Assembly (NCBI GenBank): GCA_002633005.1
Contig: NMRA01000599.1
Location: 62,001 to 126,000 of the forward strand
Length of the DNA stretch: 64,000 nucleotides
Direction of reading: 5' to 3'
From: Phoronis australis
Taxonomy: Eukaryota > Animalia > Phoronida
The notes under the pieces are model-generated. The model made no database searches. It was not told where the DNA came from and saw only the letters and a list, made by a program, of their open reading frames with translations. The translations under genes and the position numbers were made by a program. Below, one piece after another: positions 13,001 to 28,000 of the stretch (positions are counted from its first letter, which is position 1; every line of letters starts with the position of its first letter).

Positions 13001-16000
13001 GTGGTCTCATCGAAATGTAAGTGTTTGATGACAGGGTTGGCCTTCAGATGTCAGCTCACCTTGCACCAGGATCTCTGCTAACCTTTCGAATACTTCGTGG
13101 TCTTGTGCAAACTTGAATGGTTCTTCAGCAACCTGACCCTTTTTCTGAAAACCAAAACGAAACAGAGCTCACTTTCTATATTTTTTGTACAAGCTTCTCA
13201 CCTAACGAAAACACTAACACTAAAATGTAGTGATGCAAAAACTATATTGCAGCATGACATCTACAAGAGGACACAATTGCTTAACGATTCTGATGTTGGT
13301 AACCCTAGTAAAGCATCTAAGTATGAAACTAATGTTTCAGAATTAGAAAAGCTCAGTCGCATAAATTTGAAGCATACAAATGACTAGCACGAAATAAATA
13401 AACGCCGTGATACCCCATAATCCGTGACGGAAATTTAAATGCTTTGGGCCAGAATGAAATGACATCCATTTCCCAACTAAGAGATACCCTAGAAGTAAGT
13501 CCCAGTCCACATTAGGTAACAACCCACCTGGTTGGTGCAGGCCAATTTGAGCAGGGCAAGGCAGGTGTCCTTAGCCAGTCCAAAGTCGTCACTGGCTCTT
13601 GGCCCCAGTCCCTCCTTCACCAGCACATCAACATTGCTACGTACAATCTGTACCTCCGCTCTGCACAGAGACGAGTCACTGATTAGATTATATATAGTAC
13701 AACGCAAATTATTAAAAAAGAAAAAAAAATAAGCCGAAATTGCCCGTCACAAAGGTTGGGCAGGAGCCATATTCATCGCCAGAGTATGAAGTTGAATTTA
13801 CTGATGGCTAATTAGAATTTTGCCACCGTAATAGTCATTTTTGCCAGGCACAAAAGCGAAAAATAACCTGGTTAAACAGATTTTTTGTAGTAATGAAGAT
13901 TGCACCTGAACAAAATGGATTATGTTGACCTTTGTGAACATTTTGATCAAAAGATAACATAAATAACTGAAGGACAGGAGTTAGAGATGGGCCTAATGTA
14001 GAGATCTGTCAATTCCAAACCCAACAACCTAAAACAATACCCAAGCCATTTCTCTACGTTTGCATTGGCATTGGCACAAGTGAGGCTCTTGTACACTAAT
14101 ACAGCAACATAACCATTTTATAACACTAACCTACATACAATACAACACAATACAATACAATAACTGCATACCTGTGCACAGCACGAGCCCCCACACGCCT
14201 GTAATATCCTAGACTCAATACACACGCAATGTAAAAATAGGATGCACGTCTATCAAATGTGACGACCATCTCAACTCCAGTTCATTACCCACCCAGCAGC
14301 CATTCCAAGCAGCACTAGTGCCCCCCTACTCTCATCCTCGCTCGTGTCGGGAATCTTCATGGTAAATCTCTCCCACAGCATCTGAATCACACTCGACTTG
14401 ATGTCTTCCGAGCGAACAAACTCACAAATCTGAAAAGCATTGGTAAAACTAGTTTTCAGATTGATCTCCAAAAATAACACCAGGCAGAATAGAAACCGAC
14501 AAAACTGTGTACAGTTCGAGTAAGAACTCCTTGAACTGTGTGGCCAATGTTGCCTGTCTGCCTATCTCCGGCCCGTTTCATTGAGATGTTCAACTGAGCT
14601 ATGAGGTTTCGATAACAAGTTTGGGGGTAATTTAGCCCTTTACAGCAATGCGCATATTGACTTTCACAGACTTGCTACACGAAATAACACCTCCATTAAG
14701 TAAAACAATAAATAATTCTTAACACGCGCTTAAAAAAATTTAAGATACTATCAGCCAAGCGTGTGTGACACAATGAACTACTGAAGAAGTAACGTTTAAG
14801 TGCCCAACAGACACCATTTCTTCTTTAGCAAAACTGACCCAGTTGCTAAACTCTTATTCCAGTATCACCATTTAAGAATCTTATCAATTTAAAACCTACC
14901 AATTGTTCGAGTGAAGTGACATCTCCCATGGTGGCACCATAAGTTAATGCCGTCAGGTTCTTTACAATTGCCAACGACTTAGCTCTGCAAAAGAAAATAG
15001 TGTCTTCTTAATGGTAACACAGCAAGAATGCTCTTTTGAGTCTTTCGTGCCGGCAGCATGTTGCCATACATACCCATGTTTTCGCTCATGCGCCTGCATT
15101 GAAAATAAAGCGTTTTTTTTTCATATTTTGCTCATTACCAAGTGTTTCATATACAGACTCATGTGTTTAAGGCTCAGGGGACAGTGACCATCCCTTGAAT
15201 AAGTGCACATTTTAAATTGGCTGTTATTTAATTTTTTGGTTATTCTTAACACTTATTTGAAAAATTTTAAAATGGAAAATTTATAAGGCATAGTTAAATT
15301 GAATACACATAAACGTAAGTCAAGTTTCACGAAGATACCGATTTAGAAAATTGCCCCTGAGTTCTACTAGTGTTTCTCATATAGGCACAGGACAAAAATG
15401 CAGGTTCACACACAGGGGCAATAGCCTATATCTGCACACACACGGTAGGCAAAATATTCTAAGTTTAGTATAAGACCACACTCTATGTCTCAAAACCTAT
15501 CCAGTTTAAGTCAATACTATATCTGAGGCTTCATTGCATGTCCATATTTGTTACTATCACATACATTTTCATATCAAACTATTACCATGATCACTACTAA
15601 CGCTGCCGGACCCACCACCATCATCACAGTCATCGCTACTACTATTACAGCTTTTAGGCCCAGAGTCTAATCTTTTTAATTGAATTCTAAATCAGTGTCT
15701 AGTTCAAATTCTCACTTGATGACCTCCTAGATTTGAGCTTCAAGCTCTTAGTAAAAATCCAAGATTTCAAGAAAAATATTGAAATTTCAGACTCAAACTT
15801 ATAGCGTTAATGCTAGTCAGGAATAGTCATTCACGAAAATCATCAAGTGCTCGAGCACAGAATAACAGGCACACAAAAATAGAGCAGAAAATGTCAACAA
15901 TGATTACGAGCAAAAAGATTAGGCCTCCGCACCTGGTTGTAATTTGAAATAAAGTAACTAGCAAGAGTGTAATTAGTCTCTTACAAGCCATACTGTGGCA

Positions 16001-19000
16001 CATGTAGGCTCATGATACTTCCGCTTATATTATCAACATGTCAATTTACATTAACACCATCGGAACATAACAAGCAGCAACAAACTGGTGACCTACCTCT
16101 GGTTACCTCCAGATGGTGATAGGTACAGCCTCTTATAGGCTGTCACCACCGCCTCTTTTATGGTGGGCTCCTTTGACCAGATCAGCGCCAGCATGCGCCG
16201 TATTCCCGCCATGGTGCTGGTAACACCAAACTCGAAACCGGTGACGAAGAACTCGATGGCCTCCAGGATATCGGTAGTGTTCTTGGAGCCCAGCAGTTGA
16301 CAGATGATGGGGACGGCAGTCTGTAGCTTGCTGGCAAACACCATAGAATCCTGCAGGGGATGGTTGACATGGTGATGGAGGTCACATTATGCATGGTTGA
16401 CATGGTGATGGGGGTCACATTATGCATGGTTGACATGGTGATGGAGGTCACATTATGCATGGTTGACATGGTAATGGAGGTCACATTATGCAGGTTTAAG
16501 CATTGTGCTTAGAGAACCTTGAGTTTCTATTTTTGAAGACAGAGAAACTTCTCCTGTTGTGTAAATTAACAAATTCCATTTCGCAAGTTTCGACCCTTTA
16601 TTCAAATTCATGAAAATAACCTTCATTTCCCAGGTTTTCAAAGACAAGAACGAACCACGACCAGCAAATTTTACCTCTTGAGACTTGACACATCACAAAA
16701 ATTTGAATTTACTCAAAACACGACATGTGATGGGTCAGTTTTTGTAGTCGAGTTCCAGTAACGTCTGACAGTCACGAACCAGTGTTTCAGTGGCCATCTG
16801 TCTCAACTCACCTTCAGGTACTGGACCAGCACTTGTTGTTTGCTCACTTCGTTGACTACGTTGGTCTCGTGACCGTCCATGGCTTTCTCAGCTTCTTCCG
16901 CTGCCACGGCAACAGCCACGTCGGGGGTCTGGTCCTCACAAGCCCCTGAACATTGAAATGATTTAGGTCAACATGTCGAGTCTATGTCTTTTGACTGTTG
17001 TTTTTCATCAGCTGGCTTGAAATTGCAAAATAGCCACAATAAAAAGTACAAGAATGAAAGCTACAACATTGCATCAGCACCAAACCTTCGGAATGAAAAT
17101 ATAACAGGATATCACAAACTTCATTCCATCAGACATCAGTATTAAGTGACAAAATATTTTTTTTCGCAGAAAAAGTCATCAACTTTATTTCGCTCAATCT
17201 TTTCAGATCTGACAACTGAGCAACAGGGCGGAGGCAAAGATCTGAGGTTCAGTTAGTGTTACAACAAAAACGTGTGCAGAAGAGACAAAAAAGCACAACT
17301 ACAAATCACGTACCCATGAAGAGTGAGCGTATTCCGTTCAGGACTGCTTCTTGTGGCGTCTGCTCGTCCTCCCCACTAGTGCTGCCCTCTTCCTGCTGTG
17401 CTGGGTACTTCACAAACAGTTGGTGGTCAGACCAGGTGCCCACTGCAGACTGGAACATCTTGACGGCAGGCTTCAGCTGACCCTCGCTGATCAGGGTCAG
17501 GATTTTGACAGCCACGCTGAAGACGGAGAGGAGAGAAAGAGGGTGAAAATGGCCAAAGGAACATATGAAAAATTCATGGGCAACAAAACAACAAGTGTGC
17601 AAACAAAATAGCTAAACACACTAGAGAATGCAGCAGTAACCCCATCTAGCATGCAAAACATGAAACTAGCCCATCTTCATTTGGCTGAGTCATATTTGGA
17701 CACACAAATGTTGTCACGTCTAACTTAAGTAAGGAACAAGTAGAAACTAATTGATAATATCCCAACTCAAAACGTGGGGCCAACCACATCACTATTTATC
17801 GACAATAAGATATACAGATCGTTAAAGGCAAAAATCGATTTTGTAGTCATTATGATTGATTTAAAACTAAGTTCTTAAAATAACTAATTTTTAGTGAAAT
17901 TCAAAAACTATGGCAATGCCATAGGGGTAAAACAGGTCTGATGAGTTTGTGCCTCTTTGGTAAAAGGTAGCCCACTGAAAAGTTACAATAAAGTCGTGCC
18001 AGTGAATGCATAAGGACAATGCTGTAACTATGCTCACAGCAACGACATAACCATGTCAGTCAGGCTTCACAAGTGGGGCCCCGTTCAATAACAGTCATAA
18101 CCAACAAGACACTAAAGGTGCAATATCTCGGCTTCTGCAACCATTAATAACTCTGCCTGTACAATATTTGACTCAATATACTACAAGTGGTGCTAATGAA
18201 TACAGGACACACTTTTTGCCATCTGAATAGATTGAAAACAAAAAGAAATTCTTCAGCATTGGGACGTTCATATGAAAGGGACCCACATGATCATTGAATG
18301 TTGGCATTTCTACGGGAAGGTTGCATGCTTCGACTTTCTCAATACAATAGGTGGTGGCCATTTTGCTAGTGATTCAATGGCAAGTCCCATTTCTTTCACT
18401 ACCAAGATTTTGAACGAGACTAAACAAGAGTAATTTTGACAAGTTGGCAATATACTTGTCATATTGAATGCACTAGGTAAGACTAACAGTCAGATATGAC
18501 GGTAGTAAGACCACTAGGAACAGTTCCATTGAATCAATGGGCCCACGTGTTACACACCCTCACCTCTCAACAGTTTCGTCCTCCGGGAACTCTGTCACTT
18601 CCTCAGCCTCATCCTGAAACACCTCCTCAATGGCGGCCTTCAGCTGATCTTCAATGGCCGCCCATTCATCCTCCACTGAGCTACGTCCACTCACTGAAAC
18701 ACAAGTGGATGAATAATCAGTTCAACAAACGAACTTGCATTTTCGCGGACGTCTTGATAAAAATCGAGCACTAGCTACATAAACTTTCTGTAAACAGCAG
18801 TCAAAAATTTGAGTTTTGTTTACAAAATCACCATTGTTAGCATCTCTGTATCCTACTATCTTTTGTTCAGTTCTAAAGAAAATTTATGTCATAAAAATTT
18901 GGAAATTCCATAAAAATTAACAGGGACCCATTTCACAATAATACGCAAGTTAGGAATTTATTTCACTGGACTAGCATGGCAATTTTTTTCCGGAATTTCC

Positions 19001-22000
19001 AAACTCCTAGCAACAGGCGAAAGTTGCTGGTGAGAGGGGCACTCACCGCCAACAACAGATAGTCTCTAAAGCGACTAGCGATGAGTGAAAAGCAAGATTA
19101 CGAGAGAACGGCGAATGAACAAAAGCAACACATGCCATCTGAGAAGTTCAGTTCCTTGTCAGGCATCAACTCCTGTAGTTTTCCTTTCTCTTTCTCATAG
19201 TGAACCTTCAGTTCTTCCAAGGGCAGCTGTGGAGACAAAATGTGGAGTCTTTGAAAACTTGAGGTCAGAAAAAGAGCAGAGTGTGTGCGTTTGTGTGTGT
19301 GCATGAGTGTGTGTGTGTGTGCGTTTGTGTGTGTGCATGAGTGTGTGTGCGTTCGTGCGTGTGTGTGAAAACTGTTAAGCACAACATGAAAGAAGCTGAA
19401 CAGTGTGAAAAACAGAGAATGTTTTTCTTTCCACAAAGCTGTATAGTTTGATCAAGTTTGAAAAAATGTTCATGCGGGCCGTCAAAGAACACTGGCATGA
19501 TATTTCCAACAAAACTTGGTAGCCAAATATTTCAATAAGGATTTTGAATAAACGTTCCCTAATCATCTCACCTTTGCAGCAAATGGATTACTCCTGAGCA
19601 GCGCTGTGAGCAGCTGAATGGCATACTTCCTGACAGAGCTGGACTTGTCTTGGAGTCGTCCAATGACCAGGTCAAGCAAGTGTTGCTGTCTGGGCAAGGG
19701 CAAGGCCTGTAAATGGCAATAGAAGAGATCACTTTGGAGCTAGCAGTGGAAAACAGACCGAGTGAGAAGTGGGGTGTGTAAGGGGTAAGAAAAGGGTGAA
19801 GGGCGGGCCTGTAAGGGGCAACTTATGAGAGAGTGACTGGAGCTGTAAGGGGCAACAAAGCATGAAAAGTGAGTAGTGGTACCTGGAGTGGGTGGTGGGG
19901 GTTCAGTGAGGGAGTGAGACTGAGACAAAGTGTGTATGAGATAATGGATTGTAATGTAATCTGTAAGGAGCAACACAAGGGGTGATGAGGGTGAACTGTA
20001 GAGACAACCTGAACAGTGACAGTGGAACTAATGCAAAATGATAGGACACAATTCAAGAGTATGAATGGATACAGAAAAAAATCTGAAATTAAGTGTTTTG
20101 CCAACCGGAACAAATCTGTAGTTAAAATTGCAATGTTGCAAACCCCATTTGACAGGTAGATGTAAGTGATTAATATGACTTTGCTAGAAATAAGTGCTTA
20201 CCTTTTCATTTACGACGTTCAACCATATCTGTAGAACTTTACTTCTGACAAATGCGTTCACATCATGAACATGATCCTGAAACATAACTGGGGTTCATAA
20301 CACACAAAAACATTCATATGCCTTGTGCTTTTCATAATGAAGCAGGCAAAGAATGTTTTAACATATTAAACTAAGCAATATTTGAATGTGAACTAGTCCA
20401 TAGCTGAATGTGAACTAGGCGATATTTGAATGTGAACCAATCTATTCATATTTAACCAGGAACTATTGTCAGTTGATCCATTCTTGTTGTTTTATTTACC
20501 GATTTATATTCTTCATTTCATGAAACAATAGTATCCTTGGGAGGATCTGGATCGCCTTATTTAGTTTCAGATATATTTTCTACGTCAGTATTGAGTCGTT
20601 TCTTCTCCAGCCAATATTTCAGAAACAAGTGATATCCTATGCACCTGTGCAGATGTCCATCAAAAATCGCCTGTTGCCCGGATTAGGTAGAATTAACATT
20701 ATATGTCATGATTCCACTCAGCATGGCATACATATAAGAAAAAACTAGTATCTTTATTATTCATTTCACACGCAACATGGCAAAACAAAAAGGAGCCTGA
20801 TCCATAGACGCGAGAACCTCCTGTAAATATCATATCACGCAACACATCACCATGCATTGCAAACCAAGCACGGGACCACACTAACTTTACTCATGAGATT
20901 CTGGCGTCTACGGAACACGCCCAGGACTCACTATACCTCCAGTTTATCCAGGAACTGATCTCTGTCCGTTTTCTGCTTGTGATCCAAGTTTTCCTTACTC
21001 AGCACACGGACAACGATCTCACCCATGACGCTAAGCACACAGTTACGCATGGGATATGCCTGTATGATAAATATACCAATTATTATTTCATCTGAAGCGT
21101 ATTGCTTAAGCTCGTTGCTGCAACAAATTTGGTTGTTGCCATGACGATGGCTGCTTACAAGCAAAGACTCTATGTTTATTGTTAACACCCGAGTTTCTCA
21201 ACATATATACAGGTTCGTGCTAAAATGTTTTACTTAGTAGATACACAAGGACACGCTCTAGTGCTTAGCCACTATATACATTAGAGCAGTTAAGAAAAGC
21301 TCTTCATGAAAGTTAGTTGAAAATTGTATAGAAAAATCGGGAAACAAATCGTTATGGAAGTAGGCAAGAACGTAACTTCAAACTTTAAGCAATTTTTCAA
21401 CAAAAAATACCAATATGTTAAATTCGAGTGTGTTTTTGGCTAAAGTTGCGTATTCCCATCTGTCCCCAGCAATTTCTTTGAGATGCAAAAATAGTGCAGA
21501 CGTTCTGAGAATGAGTCTGATGTGACAGGACCTCAACAACCAGTCAGGACCCCTCTAACTGTTCTTCAGACCTGACCACTTCTCACCTCCCCATCTAAGA
21601 GGCCAACTAACACACTGATGTTGGGTAACATGATAGCCGGGATCCTCTCAGCCAGCTCCATCAAGAACAAAGAGAAGGCGCGCGTGCCGGAGCTGTCGCG
21701 AGCAAGGTCCTTGGAGTCCATGCGGCCTATCTCCCTGAAATGTGAATGTGCGTACAGCATAGTTTTCTTGCACCTTTTCAATTTCTTCCTGCGTGAAAAG
21801 CTGAGCCAAGATAACAAGTACTGACAAAAAGGCCACAAATACGGAGAGAGATGACATACAGAATAAGCCGCTTAATTACACTTCTTAGGCATAAACGTTT
21901 CAAGGTAGATTTATCAATAGCTTGTAGTTCAGCTCTAGCAGTTATCTATACTTTAAGTCTTAAAACAAGAATGGGAGTGACTTGTAGTGCAAAACGGGTT

Positions 22001-25000
22001 CACTAACCTCATTATTTCACTCACTATACTCTTAACGCCGTATTCGTTGACAAACAGCTCAACAGCATGAGTCAGTGGGCTGGCTAGATGTTCAAAGTGT
22101 TGTAACAGCTGAATGATCTTCAGGCTGGCTCCTGTACATTGGAACAAAGCACAAGAGTTATGCGCGGAGAACAATCAAAATCTTACAAATGAACTTCGCA
22201 GACACAAAAAAAGCAAATCATTAACCTCAAGATAAAATTTCAGTTCAGAAACCGTTGAAAATTTACTTATGTGTTAACACAAAGCATTAACAAACTGCTC
22301 CGTAGAAGATGAAAAGCCTCAAGTCTAACAACAAAAACACTAAATGAGTTCCATCCATAATATTACAATAAATATTACATTTTCTTGAAACATTTTTATA
22401 AATACAAATATCATAGTTCCACACATGACTACATCATCCACAGTTATCAGCATTTTTCCGAAGTGTACAAAACTTAAGCCTGGCACACATGACTGGCAAT
22501 CGCTTTTAGAATTTGCTGCCATGTGCATCACCAATAAGACAATTATCACTTCTGCAATACTCTTCACTGGTGGTATAGGGCGTCTACTTTATACGTGAAA
22601 TGTTCATCATTACGGACAATTCTTCAGAAAACGAATCATTCAGCCATACTCCATATAATTTTCCGATGAATTAATGCTTCTAAAAAACAATGGAGTTACA
22701 AAGTGACGACATTTGCATATCAGTATGTCCCCTTTCTTAACTTTACCTAAGGCATGATTGTATCGTTTCACCATCGTGCCCAACAGGTGGAATATGACGT
22801 CTCTGGTTGTCTTGGATCTACTCTGGACTGGGTCTTCCAAAAGTTTGTAGCAAGTACAGGTCACCAGGCTGGAACAAACAGAACAACAGTGAAACCTATG
22901 ATGGAGAGGACAGTACAGTATGAACGTATATATACATACCATTGCATAATCGACCAAAGTGTGGCTATAAAAATAAATATGCTCCAAATTTAGCCTTAAT
23001 CTTTGCATAAATGGATTAGCTAAGCCTCTACAAGGTCCAAGTCATGTTTCAATGCAAGACTTCGAAAAGAAACCAATTTTGGTCTTTTCCCAATGTGCCG
23101 CAGGTTACACCTTTGTTCTAAAAATGACTTGAATATATCATTTACGTCACTTTGAACTATTCAAGATGTATGCCTTTAAACGCACAAAATCTGCTTGCAG
23201 ACAAATTGGTTTCAAAATATCATCTCTTATCTTCGCATAGGCAAGGTATAGCAAAATGCTAATGTAAAGATATGGTGAAATTTGCCCCCCCCCCCTCTCC
23301 GGAAGAAAGAGGTCAAATAGAGTGTCGAGTTCAGAAAAAGATTGATATCCTACTTGACAAACTCCTCCTCAGCCACTGGAGGGTCCCACAGTCTCTGGAT
23401 GTTCAACTTGACCAGCTGCAGTAGAGCCTGCACACCACGCTCACGTTCATACTCCCAGTCAATGCCAGAGGAAGTATCCTTCTTCTTGGATTTACCACGG
23501 CCCTAGCAGTACAAATGGTGTATTGAAAGTGTGAAAAAGTTGTTCATTCAGAAAAAAGTCTACATTGAAGATGTACATTCATAATCACTTTCGTTAAATT
23601 TTGTAAAACGACTTGTAAAGAGCACCATATTCGTTAAAACGCCAGTGTTCTCCGCGACCTGTTTGCCTGCACTTGTAGCATGTTTGCATTGCCAATTGCA
23701 TGTTTCAAAGAACAGCGACTAGTTTTGAGAAAGATCGTTGCCATTGCTAACATCTTTGTTGCTTTAAAGTAGGCTTAACCAAAACTGGCTATTAACCCCA
23801 TTGTATTTCGCTGCGCACTTCCATCATGTTTATTGACATTTGTGCACCTCAAACATGTTTAGGTTTTCAGTTGTGGAGAGCATGTCACATCTTTTAAACA
23901 AGAGCAACGCAGAGCGTTGAAATGCGCCCACAATTGCACCGTATACGGTATCCTTCTAGGGTTGTTTATTGGTACCATAAAGTGGCCAGTAGAGGGCATA
24001 TATGTAGTATGTTGTACTTTGCAAAATGGAAAGGCATGGTCATTGTCTCCTCAATAGGCTAGGTTTAAAAATGTGAGTGATCTTCATAATACAAGCACAT
24101 CCTATGCATCAGTTGCTTAAAGCACCACAGAAACATAGAATTAAAAACAAATTTACCAACATATGAGATTAGCACAGCATTAGAATGCAAGAAACAAATT
24201 TCTACTTGGAACTTTTCCTTCATAGTCATGAAGTAACACAAAGTATACACCTGAAGACCTATGAAAATACAGAGGTCAATGTAAAATATCTAAATTGCCA
24301 CTAGATGCATACCGGTAGTCAGAATCATCCTAAAGTCGTCATCGTCCGTTGTCAACATCACATAAATACACTTGTTAAATTTAGTAAAGATCCTGCAAAC
24401 GGTTTGGGAGATACAGCCATGGGCGCAAAAAAAAAACTGCCACTAGGAGGCTCCACAGTAATCAAAGTCATGGNNNNNNNNNNNNNNNNNNNNNNNNNNN
24501 NNNNNNNNNNNNNNNNNNNNNNNNNNNNNNNNNNNNNNNNNNNNNNNNNNNNNNNNNNNNNNNNNNNNNNNNNNNNNNNNNNNNNNNNNNNNNNNNNNNN
24601 NNNNNNNNNNNNNNNNNNNNNNNNNNNNNNNNNNNNNNNNNNNNNNNNNNNNNNNNNNNNNNNNNNNNNNNNNNNNNNNNNNNNNNNNNNNNNNNNNNNN
24701 NNNNNNNNNNNNNNNNNNNNNNNNNNNNNNNNNNNNNNNNNNNNNNNNNNNNNNNNNNNNNNNNNNNNNNNNNNNNNNNNNNNNNNNNNNNNNNNNNNNN
24801 NNNNNNNNNNNNNNNNNNNNNNNNNNNNNNNNNNNNNNNNNNNNNNNNNNNNNNNNNNNNNNNNNNNNNNNNNNNNNNNNNNNNNNNNNNNNNNNNNNNN
24901 NNNNNNNNNNNNNNNNNNNNNNNNNNNNNNNNNNNNNNNNNNNNNNNNNNNNNNNNNNNNNNNNNNNNNNNNNNNNNNNNNNNNNNNNNNNNNNNNNNNN

Positions 25001-28000
25001 NNNNNNNNNNNNNNNNNNNNNNNNNNNNNNNNNNNNNNNNNNNNNNNNNNNNNNNNNNNNNNNNNNNNNNNNNNNNNNNNNNNNNNNAGGATAGCGTCAT
25101 CTCACTACTAGGTGCCTACATACCAAATTTCATGAAAATCCGTTCAGGACTTTTGAAGATACAAAGGTAAGCGTAAAAAACTAAAATTGCCACTAGGGGG
25201 CACACCGGTAGTTGGATCCGTCCGAAAGTTCGCACATGCCGTCCCATTCATGAATGGAACATATGTGCCAAATTTCATGATCATATGTCAAAGGGTTTTG
25301 GAGATAGAGCAGCGGACGCCGGACGCCAGACGGACGCCGCCCGTACGGACAGAGATGACGGCATAATGCGTCCACATATAAATATGTGGGCGCATAAAAA
25401 TTATTCATTCAATACAACGTCAAATTTGTGAAAGCATCAAATAAAAATTCAAGAAGAATTTCGAAGTTTAATTTTTTTCGGTGGCTGGTTAGTAAGAAAT
25501 TCACTGTGCAAATTGCGTACATGTGCAGTCAATTGGTTCAAAAACTTGTTCATCAAAATAATCAAGTAAACCAGAATAATAAAGATATGTAAACATACAT
25601 ATTATTCCGTTAGTATTCACAAAGTGTAAACATACATATTATTGTGTTAGTATTCACAAAGTGGCTTTAAAATATACCTTTCCTTCAGAGAATGGATCCA
25701 TTTTTGTTGCCAATACACAATTTGTCAAATTGCAAATTTTCAAAATGTCACAGAGAAGTCTTAATTGTCAATTTCTTGGTGATTTTGTCAATTCACACAT
25801 GCGAGACACTCTATTTGTCAGTTATGACAATGTGACAAATTCCATAACTTTAAAATTTGCTGCAGCGTAAAATAACTGTAAACACAACACTGGCCCTAAC
25901 TACACGGTCCACAATATGACGCAGAATTCTCAAAATCTCACAGAATTTCAGGTAAGCAAGTTTTGTCGCAGAATGTCAACACGTCACAGAGAATCCATTC
26001 TCAGTTCCCTAGATTAGACTCTCGTGACGTTGCAAATTTAAGCGTGTCATTGACAAAGTCACAAGCAGCATACAATCACATTGATGTTCATTTACCTTTC
26101 CAGTCTGGACAGCTAATGGTTTGGTGGCCTCCGCCTCAAAGCTCTCCATGAACTGGCACAGCAAGTAAGTGTTCATCTTGACCACGTTAAGCTGACTCAG
26201 GCGCTGCTCAGCGTCCGTGGAAGTCTCATCAAGAACGCTGGGCAGGTAGTTAGCATGAGCAATGACAGCTGAAATCAATAGCAACAGTTGCAAGACAACC
26301 TGAGTAAAAGCATCACTTCCCCTCTGTGTACAAGTATTCGTTAATTATAAAAATTAAATGACAAAAAACTAACAAAATTTCCTCAACACCATGGCATAGG
26401 TTTCAACATTTAGCAGGAATTGCGAGATAATCATCGCTTAAATTAAAGCTGTTAAACTTTGAAAGAGCTAGCTAGACATTTCTACAGACAGCGATAATCG
26501 ATGCTGGAGCCACATACAACAAAGATTCCTAAGATTCAAGTCACCCCATTTTAAGCGTCAAGAGGCCGATCGTATGCTTAGAAAGCTGGCACTTGATACA
26601 TAGTAGCTGCTACTTTGTTTGTTTATACCTACGACAAACTGAACTTCTGGATGCTTGAAACACGTAAGTACTATGATGTAATCTCTGTTGAACATATGTT
26701 GTACGTCTACTGGGTGTGACAGGTATCCCACAATCCTTTGAGTATATGCTGTTTTATGCTATCCATAACAAGGACTTTCTGAAGCGTTTTTAAATTTGGA
26801 AACGCTCTGGATGTTATTTGTGGCCACAGAAATAAGTTTGTTTCCTAGTGAGGAAAATTCTGAGACCAATTTCGTAGGGATTAGTGGCATTGATTCAGTT
26901 GCTTTCTCTTACAGCAAAACAGAAGAAAATTTAATTTTAACAACTGGCAGCACAGATAGGTGATAACGTTTAGTTGTCTCAGATGTCCTCATCGGCAACA
27001 GCCGTGGATGCCCATTTGTTCTACATTGATCTGGTTGTATAAGGTTTGATGAAAAGATTCATCAATTTTGGTTGGAAAATGTGAACTAAACCTTCGATGA
27101 TTTAACTGAAACTGCTGCTGAGAAGAGAGTTGCTGGCAGCGCCATTCAGCAATGAATAAGTCCTCAACATATAGAGTTGATGTTTCAGCCAACATTACAA
27201 GGCATACCTTTCACTACAATGTCCCAGCAGTACTGGTCATACCTTGCACTACAATGTCCCAGCAGCACTGGACATACCTTTCACTACAATGTCCTAGCAG
27301 TACCAGACATACCTTTCACTACAATGTCCCAAGCTTCTTCTTTCATCTCTGACTCGATGTTGTTGAAATGGCTACAATTTTGGAAAAACATGGATTAAAT
27401 ACGAATATGCAAAAGAACTGTAAACACTTCGCATTTAACGTTCTTAGTATCAGTTTGAAGTCAAATTCAAACTTCTAATCGCACTTCTGTGAAGTGTAGT
27501 CACTTGAATTCATTTCGTCTGAATACTTACGGAACAGTTTAAAGATGTGTGCTTTAGGGAAGTCTACCCGGATCAATTTTTAATTCTATTAATATATCAT
27601 CACCGCGCTATTCTTGGAAAAGGCATAAGCAACAAATTGATTAGAGCAACTGACGGGATATCAACACTGCATCACTAAAAAAACCCTAGACTGCGTGCGA
27701 TACAAGTATCTTAAGGAGCTGCTGAGGTTGCAACTTTGACTGTTAAGGAAATTATTTGTACAAGGCACTTTCATTTCAGAAACATTAGTTTGATTTCCTG
27801 TTGTTGCAATGACCTAGATAAAAAGTAAGTACAAACCGAATGATTACGCTGTTGTAAGGACGGAAAGTTTGTTGATGTCAACACCGCAGTCAGTCATGTT
27901 CAGCAGGTCAAACAGGACCCTTTACTCTCACGACATCAATCTTGTAATAATCCCTCAGCGTGATAGGATTCTAGTTACGTTACCAACAAGAATATGAAGA

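Noticed and set aside
16360-16491. CRISPR-like 33-35-bp periodicity (also 27203, 45775)
   Set aside because: Units are head-to-tail with no unique spacers, in a eukaryotic intronic context with no cas genes.
19047-19074. Possible micro-exon with a GTGAGT donor
   Set aside because: The 19- or 28-nt options break phase or contain a stop; the site is part of a small hairpin (GGTGAG..CTCACC).
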